Virus record (IMG/VR): IMGVR_UViG_3300042923_000569
Location: 186,001 to 250,000 of that record
Direction: 5' to 3' (one strand)
Length of the DNA stretch: 64,000 nt
The notes under the pieces: model-generated
What the model was told of the DNA's origin: nothing
What the model saw: the letters and a program-made list of their open reading frames with translations, nothing else
Database searches by the model: none
Made by a program: the position numbers and the translations under genes
Shown here: positions 57,987-64,000 of the stretch, piece by piece
How positions within the stretch are numbered: position 1 is the stretch's first letter
Layout of the letters: each line of letters opens with the position of its first letter

Positions 57987-58316
57987 TTACTTACGTTCAG
58001 CAGCGTTGAGTACTTCAGTAGCTTGAGTATATTGACCTTCTTCTTTAACTAAAGGTTCTACTGGTTCAGTACGTTCTACTTCAGCGGCGAACGATGCAGC
58101 TTTAACATCAGTTTCGATTTCGTTGATAAGTTTTTTGTACTCATCATACGCTACCAATGCAATGATTAGAGCTATAGCGATTACTGTTACGTACACATTC
58201 CCCAATAGCAGACCGAGAATAGCAAACGGAATTACTACATTTGGAGTAGATTTGATCTGACGCTTAATTTCGTTGAAAGTGCGTTTTGCTACAGTACTGA
58301 TAAATTCGTCGTTCAT
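57987..58316 (-). CDS. membrane protein
   Basis: central hydrophobic hairpin. Confidence 0.7.
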   Translation of the reverse strand: MNDEFISTVAKRTFNEIKRQIKSTPNVVIPFAILGLLLGNVYVTVIAIALIIALVAYDEYKKLINEIETDVKAASFAAEVERTEPVEPLVKEEGQYTQATEVLNAAERK

Positions 58317-58380
58317 AGTAATTCCTCGGTTAATTATGAAATAATTATAAAGTTTAAATCGGATTAAGTCAATGAATTTT

Positions 58381-58728
58381 TTACTTTTTACGTCTTAAAA
58401 AGAAGTTTCTTACACCTGATAAGATTGTTGCAAGTGCAGTGACTCCATATACAAGTATCAAGATACCGAATGAGAAGATAGAACAAGTCAAATATAAAGC
58501 CCGTATCCACTCTGAACCAGTACAAAGATAAATTACTAATGATAGTACTGCAAATAATAGAAATATTGCAATAGGTGCCATAACTTCATCATCTTTTGAA
58601 CCAAGGAATTGATTAATTTTTGGAGCAATCTTATCAAATCCAAATAACCAATCCACAAATGAAATAAGGCATATTAATAAAAAACCGAATAGATAGAGAT
58701 TAGCCATAACTATTAGTACTTCACGCAT
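58381..58728 (-). CDS. 3-TM membrane paralogue
   Basis: three helices; tail VRNFFLRRKK. Confidence 0.7.
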   Translation of the reverse strand: MREVLIVMANLYLFGFLLICLISFVDWLFGFDKIAPKINQFLGSKDDEVMAPIAIFLLFAVLSLVIYLCTGSEWIRALYLTCSIFSFGILILVYGVTALATILSGVRNFFLRRKK

Positions 58729-59078
58729 TATGATTTACCCCTTCGTTTACGGATAGAATCACGCAGACTGCAAATATAAATGACAAATGCAGGAACTACA
58801 AACAACGCCCAAAGTAAAGTGTTATAGAAGATTGACCATGCGTTGGATGTTCCTAGTATAGCATTGAATAAAGTACCAAGACCAATTAATGAACAAATAA
58901 ACACATGAAAGCCTGATACTTCGTCTAGGTCACTAACAAAAGAATCATAATAATCGGTACTGAAGAACCAGCCGATAACCAGTACTGCATAGAGTACTAC
59001 AATGATGAAGAATGATGCACTATACCAATCAGAGTTTGATTGAATCAGATTATAAACACTAGCAATTGCTTCAATCAT
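58728..59078 (-). CDS. 3-TM membrane paralogue
   Basis: tail SLRDSIRKRRG. Confidence 0.7.
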   Translation of the reverse strand: MIEAIASVYNLIQSNSDWYSASFFIIVVLYAVLVIGWFFSTDYYDSFVSDLDEVSGFHVFICSLIGLGTLFNAILGTSNAWSIFYNTLLWALFVVPAFVIYICSLRDSIRKRRGKS

Positions 59079-59443
59079 GTACGACCTCGTTTATTTGCAA
59101 AATAACTTCTTAGTGAGATTACTGAATTGAATAACCAATTCGTTAGTACTAATAGAGAAACAGCCGCAATTAGTAAGGCATTAGTACTAAGTACACCTAT
59201 GCTCATGGTATCATTATATGAATATGATGAACAGAAAAGCATAAATGAAATAATAATAACAAACATAATGAATATGCCTACTCCGATTTCATCAATATAT
59301 AAACGAACTTTGAAGTAGTAGTTGGCACAAGTTAACCAGCCGACTGAAAGTACTATAGCGGTAATTAAGTTCACGCAGTACGCAGCTATCAGTATATAAT
59401 GTAGCCAATCTGGAACAGATAGATTAGTCATGTATATTTCCAA
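59075..59443 (-). CDS. 3-TM membrane paralogue
   Basis: tail SLRSYFANKR. Confidence 0.7.
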   Translation of the reverse strand: MEIYMTNLSVPDWLHYILIAAYCVNLITAIVLSVGWLTCANYYFKVRLYIDEIGVGIFIMFVIIISFMLFCSSYSYNDTMSIGVLSTNALLIAAVSLLVLTNWLFNSVISLRSYFANKRGRT

Positions 59444-59492
59444 AGATTTGAACTCCAGTTAAGGAGTTCAATTTATAAAGTATAATTTATAG

Positions 59493-60269
59493 TTACACCA
59501 CTTCGCTGTTATTGCGAATCCAGTTCATGTAACCACGAAGTGAATCACGATTTTGAAGTTTAGGACTATTACGAATAGTCATAATTGCTTCATTCCATGT
59601 GATACGTTCTACGCCGAGTTCTTTAAGAATACGGTTACAGTAATTAGTACCGGCATCACAAGCACCAGCACGACGGAGAATATTAGGGTCGATTTTACGG
59701 TTACGTTGGGCATTCTTCCCTGTAAGGCCAAGTTTCTTTGCTTCATCCGTAGTAATAAAAACAAGATTAGTAAGGCTTGAACCTTTATTTGTCAGTACTT
59801 TCATACCTTCTTCAGTGAACATATAATCAACTAATGCAGGAATTGAATTAGTATAAAGTACTTCGTTCAATGATGAAATACTAAGAATTTGGAGAGCATC
59901 TTGTACTGGAAGTGATTGCTGGGTACTTGCAATAGCATGACCATAACGATCTTTAGCATACGTTTGTTCAAGGATATACTTCAATGCACGATATGGAAGT
60001 TGTACCATATCAAAAATATTAGTATCTGATCGGTACATATCTGTCGTGAGATCATACCATTCTTCATTAGTAAGGTTAGATACTTGAACACGATTATTTT
60101 TAACCAATGATTTAATCACTGATGAATTCATTTTGAAAAGGTTCTGTGAAATTAATTCGTCAGAAACACCTTCCAAATCGGAAACTTTAAGACCTTTCCA
60201 TTGTACAAATGGAATGAGTGCTGGATCAAGAGTAGCTAAGGTAGCATCTTCAATACAAAGTTTAATCAT
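59493..60269 (-). CDS. hypothetical protein
   Basis: 258 aa; C-terminal LRRAGAC.AG. Confidence 0.75.
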   Translation of the reverse strand: MIKLCIEDATLATLDPALIPFVQWKGLKVSDLEGVSDELISQNLFKMNSSVIKSLVKNNRVQVSNLTNEEWYDLTTDMYRSDTNIFDMVQLPYRALKYILEQTYAKDRYGHAIASTQQSLPVQDALQILSISSLNEVLYTNSIPALVDYMFTEEGMKVLTNKGSSLTNLVFITTDEAKKLGLTGKNAQRNRKIDPNILRRAGACDAGTNYCNRILKELGVERITWNEAIMTIRNSPKLQNRDSLRGYMNWIRNNSEVV

Positions 60270-60282
60270 GATAAATCAAATC

Positions 60283-60645
60283 CTAAATGTTTAAATTACG
60301 TTTATTAGCGAAGTACTTTCTTGATTTATGAAAGCCCACAAAGAGATAATTAATACAGTGCAGAAAACCAAAGATTAATGTTAATGCTCCAAGCATTGGC
60401 ATTAATAGTAAAAACACTCGTAGCCCTACACCATCGGCTGCTAGTCCGAACATAACTAGTAAAGTTGAAAGCATACCACATACACCCAAGAAAACCGTAT
60501 ATGATGCTTTAAAATTGTTAGAGATTTTTGTGTAGTAATTAGAGCTTACCCAATATCCAACGAAGTAAACTACTAAAAAGATTACAAAAATGCAAAAGGA
60601 AAACATTAAGGTACAATTAATAATATTAAAAGTTAAAGTACTCAT
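60283..60645 (-). CDS. 3-TM membrane paralogue
   Basis: tail KSRKYFANKR. Confidence 0.7.
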   Translation of the reverse strand: MSTLTFNIINCTLMFSFCIFVIFLVVYFVGYWVSSNYYTKISNNFKASYTVFLGVCGMLSTLLVMFGLAADGVGLRVFLLLMPMLGALTLIFGFLHCINYLFVGFHKSRKYFANKRNLNI

Positions 60646-60977
60646 ATCTTATTTCTCTTCTTACCAAAGTACTCTCTGGTTTTAGAAAGTAAATGAAATA
60701 GAAAACAAATACCAATCACAATCAATGCTACAAACGAACAGATACCTAATGTAGATATTCCAGCGTCAATAGCTGCTGAAAAATCTTTGAATATCCATTG
60801 TAATATAGAAAACTCAAGAGTTACTGCAAAACAAATACCCTCGACTATACAGTAAATCATTTTATGATTCGGATTGAGGTTAGTAATGTAATCAGCGTAA
60901 GTCAAGAACCCGACTAATGCTATTACTGCAATAGCTAGGTTAATAACACTGAGTACTGTAAAAATGTCATGCCACAT
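60642..60977 (-). CDS. 3-TM membrane paralogue
   Basis: tail KTREYFGKKR. Confidence 0.7.
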   Translation of the reverse strand: MWHDIFTVLSVINLAIAVIALVGFLTYADYITNLNPNHKMIYCIVEGICFAVTLEFSILQWIFKDFSAAIDAGISTLGICSFVALIVIGICFLFHLLSKTREYFGKKRNKI

Positions 60978-60978
60978 A

Positions 60979-61782
60979 TTACACCTTCTGTGAAGTTACA
61001 AACATTCGTGTAGCGTGCTGTTCCCACTTCTCAGGAAATTGCAGATACAGACCTGCTAACTGTACTGGTAGACGCAGAGAAGGTAAACGCAGATTCGCAC
61101 AATTCTTTAACATGAAGTTCAGAATATTATCTGAACCTTCTTTACTGATACCATGACCTTTCACGATATTAGTAGTACGCATGATGTTCTCAATGTGAAC
61201 CATGATACTTTCGTTGTCGTGGATCTCTAGGTCAATAAATGCACCCCTGGTCATCAGTGCGTTTACGTGTGGAGACAGTGCAGAGTTTGCCTGCGAAATC
61301 TTCACAAGATCTTTGTTAGTGATAAAGATAACCTTACCACTGAATTCAAACTGAGTTGGGATACCATTGTCAGCCAAGACACGTGAAGAACTCATGTAAG
61401 TAATGATGCGTTTATCATCAGACTCAAGAGAGGCTTTCAGCAGGTTCAGCTTGTCTTCGGTATCGAATACATCAACGTCATCCATAAGGAGAACGTCACC
61501 AAGATTACGTGCATTGTAGAGAGCCTGATACAGACCTAAGCCAGTACACTTACCATTCAGATAATGGAAGTTACAGAATCCGGTATCATGGGCTTCTTCC
61601 AGACGTTTAATGAGGTTGTATGATTTACCAATACCACTTGCACCGGTCACTGTTAACGCTTTGATGGGATTGAAGGGGTCCATGATGCACTCAACAGTGT
61701 CCATCATTGCTTCAAAATTCTCAGCGATACGCAGTTTCAGTACTTCACGGCGGCTCATCATAGTAGTTTCCTCGGTACTCAT
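60979..61782 (-). CDS. AAA-type ATPase (T4 NrdC.10-like)
   Basis: GASGIGKS Walker A, LLMDD Walker B, FEFSGKVIFITN. Confidence 0.8.
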   Translation of the reverse strand: MSTEETTMMSRREVLKLRIAENFEAMMDTVECIMDPFNPIKALTVTGASGIGKSYNLIKRLEEAHDTGFCNFHYLNGKCTGLGLYQALYNARNLGDVLLMDDVDVFDTEDKLNLLKASLESDDKRIITYMSSSRVLADNGIPTQFEFSGKVIFITNKDLVKISQANSALSPHVNALMTRGAFIDLEIHDNESIMVHIENIMRTTNIVKGHGISKEGSDNILNFMLKNCANLRLPSLRLPVQLAGLYLQFPEKWEQHATRMFVTSQKV

Positions 61783-61846
61783 CTCAATTAATATACAGAG
61801 ATTATAAGGGAAAAATCTCTGTAGGTCAAGCTTTTTTTAATCTTTA

Positions 61847-62776
61847 TTAAGCAGATACGGATGTATTCTTTGTAAAGATAGTCAGCAAACGAGTCCATAA
61901 TGAACGTTTTTCAGTTACATTAAGTACTTGAATTGTTTCTTTCTCTGGACTTGTTTCGGTACTTTGTTTTTTAAGTTCATCACGATGTTTAGAATACTCA
62001 GCCTTAACAATATGGTTAAGTTTATTACACAGAGTTTCCATATTCTTTTTACTTTTATTATTAATAATCCCATGACCTTTATTAGAAGCAATAACTTCTT
62101 TACAGATTCGGATATTAATTAATTCTTTTGCAAACTCATTAATAAATTCATCCCATGCAGTATTTGATACCTTAATTAAATCTTTGAAATTAAGTGGCAT
62201 CAATGCCGGAATGAACTGATTATGTTTATTATAATGATTAATCAGTGCCAGCTTGTAATGTCCAGGCATAGTACTGAACTGAACAGATGGAATCTTGACA
62301 CTATGTTCTTTCTTAAATCCATTCTTATTCAAGTCCAGATAAGTAAAATTACGTTTTACTTTATTAATTTCAGCATTTGGATTTAAGTTGTTCAACAAGC
62401 ACCGATCATACCAGTACTTGAACTCTGCGTATTCAGCAAAAAGATTACTACGCATAAGGTTACATTTCTCACACAGCAAGTGCAAGTTATGCAACAAATT
62501 AGAACCTTCAAGAGAGTTAAGTAAGTTATGGTCAACTGTCATACGACGACCATTACCAGCGAACATAATCATACCGTACATATCATGAAGTTTGAATACA
62601 CCTTCTGAACCACAGCAATGACATTTTAATCCATCGCGTGTAGCTATATTGATAGCACGGATAGTACACGATTTAAATGGATAGTGTTTACGCATTTGTT
62701 CTAAGTTGTTGAGAACAAACTCACCTTTAAACGTTACATTCTTTACTGATGAAATATTCATTTGATTACCGTGCAA
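61847..62776 (-). CDS. HNH endonuclease-domain protein
   Basis: RDG..CHCCG...TVDH...GSN...NL.LLCEKCN. Confidence 0.75.
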   Translation of the reverse strand: MHGNQMNISSVKNVTFKGEFVLNNLEQMRKHYPFKSCTIRAINIATRDGLKCHCCGSEGVFKLHDMYGMIMFAGNGRRMTVDHNLLNSLEGSNLLHNLHLLCEKCNLMRSNLFAEYAEFKYWYDRCLLNNLNPNAEINKVKRNFTYLDLNKNGFKKEHSVKIPSVQFSTMPGHYKLALINHYNKHNQFIPALMPLNFKDLIKVSNTAWDEFINEFAKELINIRICKEVIASNKGHGIINNKSKKNMETLCNKLNHIVKAEYSKHRDELKKQSTETSPEKETIQVLNVTEKRSLWTRLLTIFTKNTSVSA

Positions 62777-63110
62777 TTAATTCATTTTCGTAAACAACCC
62801 AGCGTGCACCGCTGAACACAATAGCTTCGGCTTTATCGATATCCGCAGTACTATGTGGAGAAGAAAGAATGCGAACACGATCACAAATCAAGCCGTTTGC
62901 ATCGTCAACATAGGTGAATGATTCATCAAAGATTTTGCGGTACTTAGCATAATCTTCGTCACTAACATCATACACGAGATCATAAGACATACTATTAATA
63001 GTTTCAACTACATATGGAATGTCTGAACCTTGCATAAAAACTTTGTCTCCCACTTTAAATTTACTTGGTGGGATGATTGCAGTTTGCAGAAGATTTTTTA
63101 ATTGGCTCAT
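62766..63110 (-). CDS. hypothetical protein
   Basis: KFKVGDKV...VYENEL, YorP-like pattern. Confidence 0.7.
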   Translation of the reverse strand: MSQLKNLLQTAIIPPSKFKVGDKVFMQGSDIPYVVETINSMSYDLVYDVSDEDYAKYRKIFDESFTYVDDANGLICDRVRILSSPHSTADIDKAEAIVFSGARWVVYENELIAR

Positions 63111-63141
63111 TTAAAATGTTCTCTCTTGATTTGATAAGGTT

Positions 63142-63177
63142 ATCATAACAAAAAGGGCTGACCGAAGTCAACCCCTT
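63142..63177 (-). promoter_or_regulatory. terminator-promoter fusion
   Basis: same GGGGTTGAC-TTCG-GTCAGCCC hairpin; TTGACT-18-TATGAT. Confidence 0.7.
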
Positions 63178-63180
63178 ATA

Positions 63181-63510
63181 TTAATAATCTTTAAATTTTG
63201 AACGAATTTTTTTGGTTTTTCCAAAGCCAAACCATACCATGAAACACAGTAATACTACTACGGAGATTCCAACATAGTTAATAATTAGTGTGCCGCATAA
63301 TGTAAATTTGCTTGGGTCATTATCCATAGTAATATCAAGAATAATACACACGATATTAACGAAAGAAAATATATATAATGTTTCTTCTATACCGTCAAAA
63401 TACTTATTAACTAACTTATGACGGTTAAAGATTCTAAGTACTAATGCACATAATGCTACCAGTACTATTAAAGCCAGAACTAATGTTGAGATAAAGTTAT
63501 AGATTAACAT
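63181..63510 (-). CDS. 3-TM membrane paralogue
   Basis: three helices; FN..KLV.K...LY shared with 63517. Confidence 0.7.
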   Translation of the reverse strand: MLIYNFISTLVLALIVLVALCALVLRIFNRHKLVNKYFDGIEETLYIFSFVNIVCIILDITMDNDPSKFTLCGTLIINYVGISVVVLLCFMVWFGFGKTKKIRSKFKDY

Positions 63511-63516
63511 ATAGCC

Positions 63517-63846
63517 TTATGTATCAATAAATGAAGAACGAAATTCTGATAATATCATACATATCAGAGCAATAACAATAATCGAACCAATTAACCCTAT
63601 GGTTGACATTAATATAACTGCTAATGCCGCATATTGATCAATTTTTGGTGGATGGTATATGTCAACTGAAAGACAAATCATAAGAAATAAGTTATATGCA
63701 CTTAAATAATACAATGAATCATCATTACCAGAAAGTTTCGCTACTAACTTTCTTTTATTAAAGAAGCATAGTATCCATAAAGAACATACATAAAATATGT
63801 ACACACCACCTACTACAGAAAAAATTGTGTTAATCCAAAAAATCAT
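63517..63846 (-). CDS. 3-TM membrane paralogue
   Basis: three helices; paralogue of 63181. Confidence 0.7.
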   Translation of the reverse strand: MIFWINTIFSVVGGVYIFYVCSLWILCFFNKRKLVAKLSGNDDSLYYLSAYNLFLMICLSVDIYHPPKIDQYAALAVILMSTIGLIGSIIVIALICMILSEFRSSFIDT

Positions 63847-64000
63847 ATTAGAATCTCTAATGAAAAGGCACAGTTAAGTGCCTTATAGTTTTAGTTAATC
63901 TTGGTACATTTTGGTGATTCACCGGTACTGAGAATATCACCTTCAGAATTTTGGGTAATGATAGTAGCACTGTTACTTTTCTTGTAAACATAAATTACAG

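Noticed and set aside
2467-62588. Short plus-strand ORFs opposite the minus-strand genes (e.g. 2467, 10980, 12539, 19440, 41403, 50353)
   Set aside because: Antisense shadows of well-supported genes, with no RBS and implausible composition
61847-62776. HNH gene as an intron-encoded or clearly mobile element
   Set aside because: Free-standing and overlapping its upstream neighbour; no interrupted gene or element ends are visible
807-63885. Shared TTAA-containing loops in several terminator hairpins (807, 17128, 24573, 63866)
   Set aside because: Real but few; explainable by AT-richness and common ancestry, with no evidence of a separate function

Overview
A 64-kb, AT-rich segment of a lytic jumbo myophage that probably infects Enterobacterales; gene content and style resemble the GAP32/CBB/RaK2/121Q-type giants (inference, no search run). 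1-33 kb: densely packed minus-strand genes, including ClpP, a metallophosphoesterase, ATP-dependent DNA ligase, Ser/Thr phosphatase, polynucleotide kinase, RNA ligase 1, two nucleotidyltransferase-like proteins, a RelA/SpoT-type HD hydrolase, a cytidylyltransferase-like protein, an N6-adenine MTase, a ~680-bp hairpin-rich non-coding gap and a divergent paralogue cluster. ~33.3-52.2 kb: a distinct early-type region of small genes, many with their own repeated sigma70 promoter cassette. It is enriched in oriented Chi sites and holds 11 copies of an unexplained non-coding unit (sigma70 promoter - covarying hairpin - CCCATAGGGTGC); six of these form convergent pairs whose motifs are exactly 45 bp apart. 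It also has a candidate sRNA and a perfect boxA. 52.2-53.4 kb is non-coding with 8-bp and 20-bp periodic arrays (possible genome end). 53.4-57.1 kb: three plus-strand MLPF-leader proteins, two with RCC1/Kelch repeats. 57-64 kb: YgiB-like lipoprotein, small membrane paralogues, an AAA ATPase and an HNH protein. The palindrome AGTACT is strongly over-represented throughout. No tRNA, rRNA or CRISPR array was recognised. All counts are by eye.
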